DNA of 64,000 bases from Paragordius varius (Eukaryota; Animalia; Nematomorpha): contig OZ176050.1 in the NCBI GenBank assembly GCA_964247055.1, forward strand, positions 14,074,001 to 14,138,000. Direction: 5' to 3'. The notes under the pieces were generated by a model. The model worked only from the letters and a program-made list of their open reading frames with translations. It was not told the origin of the DNA and ran no database searches. Below, piece after piece: positions 46,558 to 60,479 of this stretch. How positions within the stretch are numbered: position 1 is the first letter of the stretch; each line of letters begins with the position of its first letter. The position numbers and the translations under genes were made by a program.

Positions 46558-49500
46558 TTTTTTCTAAACTAATGTATATATTCTATCGCTTAATTAAGAC
46601 TTTTGAAGGGTTTAGTCATAATTTACCGGCTTTTACTAAAATACATGTAATTTTGATAGGTCCTTATTTCGCCCATCTCCCAGATAATATATGAATGGTG
46701 TGTCAGAAAAATTGAGTGGTTTTATAGAACCATTCGTCATTTCACACGTTAGCCTGCCCCATTATTGAAAACTTATATAAGCAAGATGATGTCTAAAATA
46801 AAATTCCATAGAATCAATTTTAAGGTGGCTTTTACTGGTTTTGCTAAGGGAGACGGAGCGGGGTATAAACATGTGGTGAATTCACTTTGACATATTTTCT
46901 GGCCAACCTTGGTGTTTTTGAATTAATGCATGGTTTAAAGTGTTTGTTTGTTGGCGAAAGCGTTGTGTATAAGTGCTACAATCGTTCTGGTCCCACCAGC
47001 GGAAAATCTTTCTAAAGCGATTTGGCATTGGTGCTGATGGGCCGGCTTTTAAGGTGAAAGCCGTAATTTTTACTCCCAGTTTTTAATGCAAAAATGATTT
47101 TCTTTCATGACGTTAAACAGGATTTCGGGAATCACTTTGTGATTTTCCATTTGACAATTGTTCAAAGTTTATCACCCATTTACCGCTCAAGGTTTTTTGT
47201 GAATGCTTGTGCCAAATTCTGTTAAATTTGAGAAGCATCATCATCCAATAATTGCACCCTATCGTCTTCACAGTTGTGTGGTTAAAGCGCCCACTTTTAA
47301 CATGAAATCACAACTATTATTATTGTGAAACCATGTATTTAGTCAATAAAGGATGTTTAATTGTTTCTGCCAGCAGACAAAATTTTAAGCAGACTTTTTC
47401 ATCTGTTGGTAATTCGTGCCGCAAATATTCTTTTTCAGGCACAAAATTCGATATAATTACTGAATGATTAAAATAAGTCACTAGTTTTTGGCCTACTTAA
47501 CTTGTGTATTTGTCATTTCGTGGAAATTTTAATGGAGTGTGTATCAAAATTTGGTTACTTTTCGCTATTCTCTCCTTTGAAATGGTAATTTATGACTCCT
47601 ATAACAATTTTAAAATAAGTTATGATTTTATGGTCTAGAGAAATATTATTATAAATATTTTTAACAATAATAAAAAACGTCAGTAACTTCCATCCAATTT
47701 ATGACATTTATACCGTTCAGTTAAAATAACATTTTTTTCCACCAAATGCAACATTTTTGCGACCGAACGCAAAATTTTCATACAAACCCTATTCAAGTAA
47801 CGCAACATTTTTTGAACGCAACACTTTATCATCCAAACGCTAAATCTTTTTAAGCAAACCCAAGGTTTTTAGTTGTCTATGCTTAAAAAAATGTTGCGTT
47901 TACATGAAAAAATGCGTTTGGATGTAAAATTTTTTTTTGATTGAAAAATGGTATAACAGCAATTACTGTCGCTCACCCAAAATATTAAAAAGCATGTTTT
48001 ATTTTGAAATATCAAATATAAAATGTAAAACTGCTATACAGATTATTATGATGACGATGATATAATCGTAACATGGCCACACAATGTCCGCAAACATGAT
48101 GAAAAGTTTGATGTACTTTACATGAAATCCCTTAATCCCCTGAATGAAGAATTAGATCAAGAAGATCCTGAAAGCGAGCAAATTAGTGATGAATTAATGG
48201 AGGAATATCCGCAACAAAATGCTTCCCATCCCTTAATAACCGCAAATAATTTTGATAAAGGTCAAACTTTTAAGGGGTTCGAACGTGCGGAAAATGATTA
48301 TACAAAATTAAAAAAACTAAAAGATTCCGAACCTCAAAATAGTCGTAAAAGTCATCATGCGCTCCGGTATATATAAACTAATAATTTTAAGCTATTTATA
48401 TTTGGACAATTATATCTTTAATAATTTTTGGATGCGATTAATGTATTGAAAATATTTATCAATATAAACATAAATTGGTATCAAAATTTATATTGCACCA
48501 GGCAAATTTATAATTATATCTTTATAATAATTTTAGCGATGTCTATTATAATGTATAAAAAATACGGTTTAACTAAGAAGAATCAAAACACAACTTTTAA
48601 TCAAATTATGAATAATTTTATTGCACCAGTCAAATTAATATTATATATATTTATCAAATTTTTTTTATAAATTTTTAAATCTCTTTAGCCCTATAGATTG
48701 GTATAATACTACTCCAATGAACCCCCAAAAATTAATAAGATTAGCTAATAACATGCGAGAAGAAATGATCGCTAGAGTCTTGGATTGGAATAGCGGTGAC
48801 GTTATTTTTTACAATGGTGTCCGTCAAAAACTATTTGAACGAATTAGTGAGTATGGACATATTCGGATGCGAAAAGATGTGGAAAAATTAAAGTCTCGTA
48901 CAAGGCTTTGGCAAAACATTTGCATTGAAAGGTATATATATATTATCATATTTGTAAAATCAAAATAAAGATTTTTTAAATGTATGTTTAATAAAACATA
49001 GTTGTTGACTTTCTCCATCGAGTTTTTGCAAGATCAAAAAGGTAATATATTATGAAATTTGTATATCAAACAAATATATGCTAATATATATACTTTAGAT
49101 AATTATTCTGTCTGATTTTGTCTCTTATAGCGTTTTTAGGACATTAGTCTTTTTAGAGAATAGATTATGAAATCTAATAAAAATATTAGTACATGCTTAT
49201 AAAATTTAATTTTATTTTTGACGTCTTATATCGCATTATAAACAATGATCTCAGGGTAAAAAGCTCTTCCAATCATTTTAAGATTAGTTTTTCTTCTATA
49301 TAAATCTCGTTTTTAATTCAGTGATCTCAAAGGAAATAAATAAAAATTGCTTTTCAGGTATATGTTTATAAAATGCTTTACCTTTGATGTCTTAAATCGT
49401 GTTATTAAAACATTTTAGGATAATAGATAATGAAGAAGCTTTCCCCGGTAATGATCAACCTTTACCTTGGGTCTATACGAAATCTATAAATTTCTCTCAA

Positions 49501-49794
49501 TTGAATGTGTCAGTAGGGTTAATTCCACCTATTAGGATAGATCCTAACGTTTTATATTTTCCATCGGCTTCGGTTCAAACATGGTCGTACAAATTATTTG
49601 ACTTTAAAACTAATTTAAATCTAAACAAAGACAATAATTTTAAATATTTTGTAATAACAAACATATTATTAAACCACATAGAGGCAAATAATTCACCAAA
49701 TAATTTATATAAATTATCTCAAATTTTGATGGCGAAATGTCAAAGCTTTGCCAGATCAGAAACATCTTACACTATGCATTTGCATACTTATTAA
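44220..49794 (+). CDS. Galactose-3-O-sulfotransferase-family type II membrane protein (multi-exon)
   Basis: N-terminal TM (LFFATIFCFQATFLVYFLY); NIFF..[5'-PSB]..NILFRFG; FMICH; IGMVRDPVKVFESNYDY (3'-PB); FDLIMVAEFMEESLVLLKDLL; DWNSGDVIFYN...YGHIRMRKDVEKL; C-terminal LPW...CQSFARSETSY. Several small exons are not resolved. Confidence 0.8.
46520..46552. repeat. (TA)n microsatellite directly after a 5' splice site
   Basis: GCAA|GTATATATATA... Confidence 0.85.
46690..47520 (-). pseudogene. Highly decayed mariner (Mos1-like) transposon in a sulfotransferase intron
   Basis: Remnants SNFVP, QLLDDDASQ, GKWV, HERKSF, PNRF...WWDQ and SPH-like (LHDNAPSH) blocks occur in Mos1 order. Confidence 0.7.
47711..47953. 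mobile_element. Foldback-like MITE, family F3 (AACGCAACATTTT units)
   Basis: TA-TACCGTTCAG...TTGAAAAATGGTA-TA; tandem subterminal units mirrored on both arms. Confidence 0.6.
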
Positions 49795-50336
49795 TTTTTT
49801 CTCAAAAATAAATGGTTAAATATGTATTTTTGGATATCATTAAAAACATTTTGCTTGTTTCAGCCCAATTAGATCCCAATATTTTTGGAAAAATGATGAT
49901 AATTATTTAAGGTTTAATTTTAGTTCGATAAATTTTACATGCCTAAAAGTTATATTATGAATATATAATAATGAAAATGTTGTAACTTCATGTATTGTGG
50001 ATTATAGACAAAATATATAAAAATTAGCTGATACAGACCTTTTGATTTTCTTATGCAGCGTGTCCCAAATTAAAACTCTCCTTCGTTAAATAATTTAAAA
50101 CATTACTTACTAGGTGAAATCAATGTTAAAAACACTTAAATCACATTCATTTCGGTCGTTAGATTCAAATTGGGATTTTGTTGAACCTAGGCCTGCCAAT
50201 ATGACATGTGTGCATTAGCTATATATGCAAAACAGTTTTTTATTTATAGTACTGTTGGTACTATTTAACTTTAATTTTAGAGTAAAACACAAAAAACGCG
50301 ATATTTTGCAAATATATATATATAATTTTTACTAGG

Positions 50337-50623
50337 TGTTAACTTGTAAAGATGAGGATATAATAAAAGAAATGTGAAATGAATTTATTCGGTTTTTTAG
50401 GGTTTATATATACTAATTTTAGTTGTACTTAATTTGCATTATATCAATAAAATATCAAGTAACAAAGGATATAATATTTACATAGTACACAAAAAATATA
50501 GAAAATAATACAATTCAAATAACGGTGAAAGTTATGATACACAACCAAGGTATGTATTTCACATTTGCATGTAACACAGAAAATTATGATATAAAAACAA
50601 AGTATATATTTCAGTGCATAACA
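50337..50623 (-). mobile_element. Solo LTR of family A with 5-bp TSD CTAGG
   Basis: CTAGG-TGTTAACTTG...TGCATAACA-CTAGG; homologous to the 16012-16311 LTR. Confidence 0.9.
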
Positions 50624-50686
50624 CTAGGATATACTTATAAAAAATTAGAACTGTTCTTTCAGAAGTTTTTTTACAGTATCAATTTA

Positions 50687-50960
50687 CAGTAAAAACTGAA
50701 ATTATACTAACAAAACGAATATAAAGATTAATATTTTTAACTAAAAGACAACCATATTTTTTTAAACCTTAATTATTCTTGAATAATTTGTTACAATAAG
50801 ATATAGTATTGATTGTGTTAGTAATATATATATTTCAAACTTTGCCATTTTAAACAATAAGGTAATATATTTCAAAAATTAAGTTTAAAATGTATGCCTG
50901 TAAAAAATATTTGTTTTTATATTTTTACGCTTTGTCCGTATAATTTGAGTTTTTATTTTT
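50687..50960. mobile_element. Tc1/mariner-type MITE (CAGTA family)
   Basis: TA-CAGTAAAAACTGAAATTATAC...TTTGTCCGTATAATTTGAG. Confidence 0.65.
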
Positions 50961-51214
50961 TATGCAATAAGATTTTTTGATTAAATGGACGAAATTTATA
51001 ACACTTTTAATAAATCTTTTATAAATCTTTAGAATATTTTTGGTGCAGGATTATAATGATACTAAAAGATTTTGCCACACGGAATAATCCAACTTTAAAA
51101 TAGCAAAATAATTTTTAATTCTTTTTAATATAATTTATGGAAGCGTAAACTTTCAGCATGATGATTTTTAAATTTCTGGTAATAGCTAATTATATTTTAA
51201 TTATAATATATTAC

Positions 51215-51852
51215 TAGGATTGTGCTGACAATGTCATGACCCGGTCAAGTGACCGGGTCATGACATGTTCAGTGACAATTTATTTTTTGACCATGATCAT
51301 TTAAAAATAGCTGTTTATGAAAAATTTCTAGTAATTTTTTTGGAAGAGAGATAGTAAGATATTGTTTTTTAATATATTTTTAAGAAAAATTAAAAATTAA
51401 ATATTTAAATATGCTTATTTAACAATATATTAAAAATTGTTTAACATGCCTCCTTATAACATTAGCAATTAAGCATATCCAATTATTTCGAAAAAAAAAC
51501 AATCAATTTTGCAAAATATGCAATTATTTCATATATGCGAACCAATAAAATCATCCTATAATTGGATATTTTAATGATGAAAGAAAGTGTAAAACAAACT
51601 AATTATTTGAAATATCCAGTATTAAAAGCTATGTATTTAAACATTCAGAAGGCCACAAACATTGGCAAAATTTATTTGAAAACAGATTCTGAATAAATTC
51701 AATTGAAAATGTAAATAATAAATATCAAAAAAATATAAAATACAAACTTTGAAAAAACATGACATTATTAGTACGCAAGTGTAATTCGAACATTTTGACA
51801 ATCCAATATCGTATGATACTTACTTAAGTAAAAAGTGGTCATGACCACGTGG
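51215..51852. mobile_element. hAT-like non-autonomous element truncated by the gypsy cluster
   Basis: Left end CTAGGATTGTGC; body homologous to 14762-15427. The right end is replaced by a gypsy LTR after GTGGTCATGACCA. Confidence 0.65.
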
Positions 51853-54800
51853 ATATATTACAAACAAAACATTTATGATATACCAAAATCACACATGGGT
51901 GTGTGGTATCAGAATACAGGAATTTATATACTAATTATTTTGCTTGAAGCTACAATTGACATTAACTACGGGTATCACAAAGAGTTATAAGTGTTTAAAA
52001 TTATATAGGTGCGTTTGTGTCCACGAAAGTAGGATCTAACTTAACATCCGTCTTTCCCTGTCCTTGATACATATATGGTGGGGTCAGATTCGTTAGGTAA
52101 GGTATCGCCGTTCTGTGTGAGTGTCAGTGATAGGCGCTATGGTGGGTGTTTGTTGGGATGGCAACTCAATGATGAAATCCGAGGGTTTGAGCGGAGGTAA
52201 TGTCGTGGCTTCGGTCGTGGCAGTAAGGTATCTGACATATAGGCCATGCGACGGTGGAGTTTCTTCGGACGAAGTTGTCTTTTCCATTATTCTTTCACCT
52301 CTTTACCTTGGTCTTAGAAAATCGGCGTGTTTTCGGATGATTTTGTTCTTATCTCGTATTTCATATGAGAGTAAACCGAGTCGTTTATTTACGATTACTT
52401 CTCGCCAACCATTCACTAGTTCATTTTTTATATATATTTTTTTGTTTTCATGGTATTCATGATTCGGTTGTACATCCTCTAAGAAGTTTATTTATATTTT
52501 AGCCATGTGAGTGGATTGGGCGGGGTACGTTTTAGAAAAAGTTGTGCAGGACATGTATTTGTAGCACTGTATATGTTAGTGCGGTATCCCCAACGCGTGT
52601 ATTTTTTATTGTGGGTCACCGTCTTCTGCTGATCGATGTTTTGAGGGTATATATCACTCGTTTCACCAATCCGTTCGTTTTTGCATGATAGGGAGTTGAT
52701 GTTACATGTTTAATGTTTCCCGTTTACATGAATTTTTTAAGCTCCTCAGATGTAAAATAAGACGCGTTGTCGGTTACTATCATTCTTGGTATCGACTGAA
52801 ACATTCGTCTAGGAAATTTAAAATATTTTTGGTCGATATTTTTGATAGTTTAACTTCGACCCATAAAGAATAACTGTCTATAAGAACTATCCAATAATAA
52901 TTGTCTATCGGGCCTGCTATATCTTGATGTAATCTCTCCCATATTGCTGTATTAGTGTTCCAATTGTATGTGGAATTCAGTTTTCTCATCGGACGGTTTC
53001 TTGACATTTTTTACACGTATCTACCCACTATTTCATGTCGCTTTCCATGTTGTGCCAAAAGACTATTTCTCTTGCCTGTTCGTAAATTGCTTTGGACAAC
53101 GGGTGTCCGACGTGTAATAATTGTAAGATATTTCCTTTTTGCGATTCGGGGATTATTAATCTATCATTCCAATAAAATAACCCGTACGTATTTCCAATTT
53201 TATTTCTAAAACTGTTGAATGGATGTAATATTTTATTAGACCAGTTGTTTGTTCTTAGCGCACTTATTACCTGTTTTACAGGGTCTGTTTCGGTCTGGTT
53301 TCTAATATGGTCACGATTTATATTAAATGGATTAAACACATGTTCTGCTGTTTAAAAGCTTTCTGTATCTTGTTGTTGTGGTTCTGCATGCGGGACAATG
53401 GATCTTGAATGTTTTCGTGTCTTTTAATGTACGTAGATTGTAATTAAATTCGCTAGATTTATATATCCAACGTAGTAGCTTGGGATTATTTATTTATCTT
53501 AGTTTACAATTATTTCCAAACAGCTTTATTGGTTTGTGATCAGTACGCAGTTCATACTTCTTTCCCGTAATAAACGTTTTAAATTTTTCAAAAGCCAAAA
53601 GTATGGCTTGTGATTCCATTTCTATTACTGAATAATTTTCGTTCAGACACTTTCTAGGAATGTAGGCAATATGTTTATTTATGCCCTTCTGCGTGGTCGT
53701 AGTAACACTGCTCAGTACCCTTTTTTCGAAGCGTCTGTTTCGATTTATAGGTAACTCAGGTTTGAATGGTGTTAGTTTAACAGTAAGACCTATTAAATTT
53801 TTGGTTCTGTTAAAACTGTCCTCGTGGTTTTTGGTCCATATCGTTTTTTCATAACTCCTTAGGTCATGAAGTATAGCCAAACTTCCATGCAATTTCGGGG
53901 TGAATCGTGTGTAGAAATTAATTAAGCCTGAGGACTTGAATGTTGTTTTGTCAGCGGGTCTTGGGAAGTCTTGTATGGCTTTAACTTTAACGGCGGCTGG
54001 TGATATGCAGTTTTTTGATATAACATATCCTAAATAGCTTACAGATGGTTGAAAAGTTTCAGTTTGCTTTTAGTTATTTTAAACCAGATTCATCTAGTAG
54101 ACGCTTAAGTATCCTTTCTTAATTTCTTTTATATTCGTTTCGGTTTTTCCCTGTTATTAAAATATCGTTTAAATATACAGTTGTTGGGCAGTCACTTAAA
54201 ATCTTATCCATTAATCTTTGAAAAATTCAGGGAGCGCTTGTTAGTCCAAAGGGAAACCTTTAATATCTAAAATACCCTAGGGATGTGGTAATTGTTAGTA
54301 AACTTTCTTGATCTATTGGCGATTGCAGATATGCGTCTTTCAGATAGGTTACCGAAAATAAATTCTCTTAATCCTATTTTGGAAACTAATTCATCAAATG
54401 TCGGTATATTATGACTGTCATTACTCGATTTGGATTTATTGTAAAACAATAATCTGCACATAACCTTAACACCATTCGTTTTTGTTATACAAACAATAGG
54501 TTATGCCCCAGGTTAGTGTCTCAGTCGTAGGGTCTGATGGTTTCAATATGTCCGCTATAAAAATCTCTTAATTTCAGAGTCGACTTGAGGCACTTAAAAT
54601 TTTTTAGTTTCGTATTGTTTTTAAAAAAAGTTTGATAAGGTTTCCAGTGAAACAATTAACAAGTGAATTTTCCTCAAATATAATTATTAAAATATTTACA
54701 ACAATTTGTCAACTGTGTAATGGGATTCGGGAAATCTTGTAGCTAATCCCAACCAAGAATTGCTGAAGCCTTCTTGCCGCTCAAACCATACACGCCAAAG

Positions 54801-55815
54801 ATTTTGTTTTACCATCGTTTTGTTCACTGACACCTACCCTTGGAATTGATTCTTTGTCCACCATAGCTGTATCTGAGCCTGTTTGTTGCAACTCGGGCTC
54901 CCCAATATTTTCCCACTCTTGACAATCAATTATAGATACACTTGAACCTGTGTCTAAAATCATGAGTATTGGCTTACCATTAATTACTATTGTTATCTTA
55001 GGGGTGGCTTCACATTCGATATGCTAAACGTTGCTAATCATTTTCTTCTTACAGTACGTAGAAGTGATTCCAGCCTTGACACTTATGAAATTGCTTGTCC
55101 CAAGCTGGACATCTGCCGGGTGCATGATCTGACCCGCAGAATCGAGACTTGTTTTGGTATTTCCGAGTTGTAGTCCGCAATATCTGGCCATCTCTTGTTG
55201 CTAATTGATGTTCTTTTTTTATAGTTGAGAGCAATGTCTACCACTTGTTTTAAGGTTACGGTTTTGTTTCTTCACATGGAAAATTTAGTAAACAGATCTA
55301 ATTCTAATTTTTCGACTCCCATACCTGCAATGAACGCGTTGCGCCTTTTTTCATCGACGTCAAGCTTGAAGTTGCATTTTCCGGCTTCGGTTTTGACTCG
55401 TAAAAGGAATACCGTAAATGTTTCATTTTCTTTCTGACGAAGTTTTACAAAAATGGCCTGGAATATATTTGTCCTATTCGATTCGTGAATTTTTCTGTCG
55501 GCTTCAATTATGCCGGCCAGGAGGTATTATCAAGCGTGGGTAAAAAAATTGTTCGAATTCTTTGTGACCGACATTCCTGCGCAAGGGGGAAATAACATCC
55601 TGCATATATTATCGCTTGTCGTGATGTTTGCAGCTAGCATTCGTGAATGTATAAAACGTATCGGTCAAAATTTTCTTTTTCATCAAAGCCTTCCAATTTT
55701 TGCCAGGTTTATCGACGCGCTAATAATGGGAGTGCAGTTATATTACAAAGAAAACATTTATTAAATACCATCAAACATGTGTGTGTGATATCAGAATTCA
55801 GTAATTATATACTAA
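51853..55815 (-). mobile_element. Ty3/gypsy element B1 (Mag/K02A2.6-like), complete domain set but degenerate
   Basis: Order gag (zinc knuckle), PR (ILDTGSS), RT, RH, INT (WERLHQDIAGP), then the W..G.V..RLG..SYE...H.DQL tail. PPT is followed by an LTR starting TGTTAAG at 52046. Many stops and frameshifts. Confidence 0.9.
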
Positions 55816-58800
55816 TGTTACATTGCAAATTATAAATATATATTTTGTATGTATGATATAGTTTTTAGTGGGATTTGCATTGTCTTATTTTTATATTTTT
55901 GTATTATGTAAAACATCTTCATTAGTTACTCGAAATTTTATTTGTTTTATTTGATATCATGCAAATTAGTTCGCTTAAAAATAGTTTATAAAGAGATAAA
56001 AAATGAATAAATATCTTTCAAGCTTTTCGATTTACCTTTTACATTTAGTGGCCAGTCGAATTCCGAACTAACCTAGTGCTAGTGGAGGTCTTACCGATAT
56101 CTGAACGAACATGACAACGCCAATCACCAATCTCGCTAACTTATGCATGGAGAAATATAATGATAATATTAAGTTTGAGGAATACGTTGATTATATGACA
56201 AATGTTATGGAGGCGAAAGATATCTCTGTAAGAACATGCTCTCAAAACAACCTTGCTTGCCTATAGTGGTCTATTGGTTGTGTGCAAAATAAATCAACGA
56301 CTGTATCCCAAAATAAAACATACATCATGGAGCATGATAATGAGAACAGGACAAAAACTATTTAATCCCACAAAATCAAAATTTCAAAGCAATTTGATTT
56401 TATTCTACTTCTGCGGAGCAACGCTGAATCTTTTACCCAATTTTTAGAACGGTTTAATATCGTAGCCGAAAAGGCCAAAATAATTCGATTGAGGAACGCA
56501 TTCGAAATGCTTTCGTCTTTGGTTTACAACCTCAATTGGAAATCGATTTACATTCAAGGTATCCCGATGCCGAGAGCAACAGACAACCCGTGCCTCTAGA
56601 AACGATAGTGGATCGCACTAGTACACGAAACCGCCAAGGCTGGCCTTTATAACAATAATGATAATACCAATTATAACAATGGTAATAATTTAAATCCATT
56701 ACAACACACCAATAATAATAATAATAATAATAAGGGCATGCGTTTACGACAGCCAACAGCAAAACCCCTAACACATTCGTGCAATCGTTGTGGGAGTAGC
56801 CATGGACCAAACAAATGTCATGCCTGGAACCGCAGTTGCAATAAATGTGGAAACTCCAACCACTTCGCTAAAATGTGTATATCAAAAAACGCTGCCAAGA
56901 GTATGTTCAACCGCCAGATCCATAGAAAAGCAATGCCAATCTCACCATGGACCGTAAGAATAATGATAAACAACACAGAACAAATATTTATCTAATACAC
57001 TAGAGCTGACATCATAATCCTTGAGACCTGGAAACAAGGCAAGCCCAATATTAGACCCATACCGCCAGTAAAAGCCTACAATAATAGTATAGTGCCTCTA
57101 CTGGGCGTAACAACAGTCACAGTGCAAATCAATGGGCAAAACTTGGGGGACGCAGAATGTTGTGTATTGAAAGAAAATGTCAAAGGCACCGCTCATTTGT
57201 GGCTTGGATTGGATCACAAGATTCAACATCGATATTCCTAAAGTACGAATTAACTTTTTTAAACTTGATAAAATTATTGAAATTTTTCCTAATCTATTTA
57301 AAGAGGAATTAGGCTGTTACATTGAGCCGGTTAAAATTCATATAACATCTAATGCCTCCCCAAGGTTGTAGCGTTTTCAGAGTTACGATCAACAAATGGC
57401 TGACAGAGGACTATCATTCCCACATTTGGTGATATAGTAAGTAAGATTGGCGAAGGCCAAGTTTTCACTAAGATTGATCTGAAAGATGCCTATCTACAAA
57501 TACCGTAACTAAAGAATCACAACCCCTCCTAACAGCAACGCACAAGGGATTTTTTCGCTACAAAAGGATGCCTTTCGGACTGTCAGCACCAATATAATTT
57601 CAACGAGTCACAGGTTATAAAAGATGGTCCCGGCACTTGTGCAATATAGATGATGTTTTAGTAACTGGAAAATCTGACCAGGAACATTAAATACATCTTT
57701 ATAATGTTTGAAATCGGTTGGAATTGGCGGGTTTTGAAAAAAAATATAAAATAAAAATGGGTGAACGTTCAGTAAGTTATCTGAAATTTGAAATGAGTAA
57801 TAAAGGTATAGTCTTTGCAAGAATAAAGTAAAAGTAATCAATGATTTAAAAAAACCTGTGGATAAAAAATCTTTAAGAAGTTTTTTTAGGATTTTGAAAG
57901 TTACATGAAAGATTTGTACCCAAGCTTCAATTGATTGTAAGTGATTTACATATTTTAACAAGTAAGAACGTCAGATGGAATGGTCGGAAAAACACGAGAA
58001 AATTTGGAAAGCAGCGAAGAAATTATTAAGTGAAAAGTATTTTTAACACCATACAATCCGGATAGAAAGTTATTAATTGAAACCGATGCCTCAGACATAG
58101 GGTTTGGATGTATTTTAAGTCATCTAGTAAAAGGTGAAAGGAAACCCATTGCTTATGGTTCAAGAAAATGTAGTACCGCGGAATTCAACTATTCCACCAT
58201 AGAAAGGGACTCAAAGGCTATTGTTTATTCATTAGAAAAGTTTCATAACTTCGTTTATGGTAGATGGTTTGAAATATTAACAGACCACTTTCCACTGGTG
58301 AGGTTGATAAATAGGGATAGAAATCTGAAAGAAATTCAGAATGCAAAAGTTTTAAGATGGGTTAACCGACTGAATGATTATGATTTCGAATTAAGTTATC
58401 AGGCGGGTCCGAAAAATAGAGCCGATTAATTGTCAAGATGCCCCGGGGAAGATAATGTTGACACAATTGTTAGGGATTACATGGTAACGTTAGGCTCCTA
58501 AATTGTCATAACGTTCATTTAAGTTGAGATCCGAAGAGAGAACAAGACCGCAGAGGTAGATAGAAAACCGGTAGATTCCAACGTAGTGATATTACTTATG
58601 CAAATATTCGTCGACACACCCAACAATGATGTTTTTCAAACTAGTATTATTTCTTCCTAAGGGTGTTGTGATGTTACATATGCAAATAAATATATATTTT
58701 GTATGTAAGATATAATTTTTAGTGAGATTTGTATTGTCTTATTTTTATATTTTTGTATTATGTAAATAACATTAGTTACTCGAAATTTTATTTGTTTTAT

Positions 58801-58904
58801 TTGATATCATGCAAATTATGTTCACTTAAAAATAGTATATAAAGAGTATAAAAAAACGAATAAATATCTTTCAAGTTTTACGATTTTTGTTACTTTCTAC
58901 AACA
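55816..58904 (+). mobile_element. Ty3/gypsy element A2, integrase deleted, inserted into a B LTR
   Basis: LTRs 55816-56043 and 58672-58904; gag knuckle CNRCGSSH..CHAWNRSCNKCGNSNHFAKMC, PR, RT (KIDLKDAYLQ), RH (ETDASD..G..L, ILTDH). The sequence then goes directly to the tail and PPT. Confidence 0.85.
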
Positions 58905-59225
58905 TTAACTACGTGTATAACAAAGATTATAAGTGTTTAAAATTATATAGGTGCGTCTGTGTCCAAGAAAGTAGGATCTAACTTAACATCACTATTTCCC
59001 TGTCCTTGATATCTATCTAGTGGGTGTCGGATTCGTGTAGGGTATCGCCGTTCTGTGTGAGTGTCAGTGGTAGGTGCTATGGTGGGTGTTTGTTGGGATG
59101 GCAACTCAATGATGTGGGCGGAGGTAATGTCGTGGCTTTGGTCGTGGCAGAAAGATACCTGACATATAGGTCATGCGATGGTGGAGTTTCTCAGGACAAA
59201 GTTGTCTTTCCCATTGTTCTTTCAA
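58905..59225 (-). mobile_element. 3' tail and remaining LTR half of gypsy element B2
   Basis: Homologous to 51960-52290; LTR start at 58988. Confidence 0.8.
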
Positions 59226-59429
59226 TGAATGACTTGACTAACATTAAGGGCATTTATTGCTTCAGAAACTATGGCACTTCGATGTGAATATGTCGTACAA
59301 ATTATAAATTTATTTGTGGGCAAATTCCGTTTTTCTAACCCACAAACACCCAAACCTCCAAAGCCCAAATTATTCGTCTATCTTCGTTAATTAAAGATAT
59401 ATTATTTTTGAACAAATCTTGATCTCCAA

Positions 59430-60470
59430 TTAATCGTAAATTACATCTAGATATAGCAGGCTCGATAGACAATTATTATTGGATAGTTCTTATTTACAGT
59501 TATTCTCGATGGGTCGAAATTAAACTATCGAAAATGATATCGATTGAAAATATCTTAAATTTCCTACACGAATGTTTCAGTCGATATGGATTTCCAAGAA
59601 TGATAGTAACTGAGAACGCCTCTTACTTTACATCAGGAGCTTAAAAAATTCACAGAAACGGGAAACATTAAACATGTAACATCAGCGCCCTATCATCCAA
59701 AAATGAACGGAATGGCGGAACGAGTGATATATACCCTCAAACATCGGTCAGCAGAAGACGGTGACCCACAATCAAAAATACACCCTTTGGGGAAACCGCA
59801 CTAACATACACAGTGCTACAAATACATGTCACGCACAACTTTTTCTAAAACGTACCCTACCCAATCCAATCACATGGCTAAAATATAAATAAACTTCTTA
59901 GAAGATGTACAACCGAATCACAAATATTATGAAAACAAAAAAATATATATAAGAAATGAACTAGTGAATGGTTGGCGAGAAGGAATCGTAAATAAACGAC
60001 TCGGTTTACTCTCATATGAAATACGAGATGAGAAGAAAATCATCCGAAAACACGCCAATCAACTGAGACCAAGGGAAAGAGGTGAAAGAATAATGGGAAA
60101 GACAACTTCGTCCGAAGAAACTCCACCGTCGCATGGCTTATATATCAGGTACCTTACTGCCACGACCGAAGCCACGACATTACCTCCGCCCCAACCCTCG
60201 GAACCCATAATTCAGTTGCCATCCCAACAAACGCCTACCATAGCACCAATTACTGACATTCCCACGGAAGGGCGTGATGTTAAGTTTGATCCAAATTTCG
60301 TGGACACAAACGCACCTATATAATTGCAAAAACTTATAACTCTTTGTGATCACGTAGTTAATGTTGATTGTAGCTTCAAGCAAAATAGTTAGCATATGAT
60401 TCCTGTTTTGTGATATCACACACACATGTTTTATTTTGGTATTTAATAAACGTTTTATTTGTAAATAACT
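59430..60470 (+). mobile_element. Inverted gypsy B integrase-tail-LTR segment
   Basis: LHLDIAG...HPKMNGMAER, MNGWREGIVNKRLGLLSYE; LTR 60278-~60470. Confidence 0.85.
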
Positions 60471-60479
60471 CGAATCCTA

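Noticed and set aside
56700-56735. (AAT)n tract as a functional element
   Set aside because: It is a simple poly-Asn microsatellite inside a dead gag ORF.
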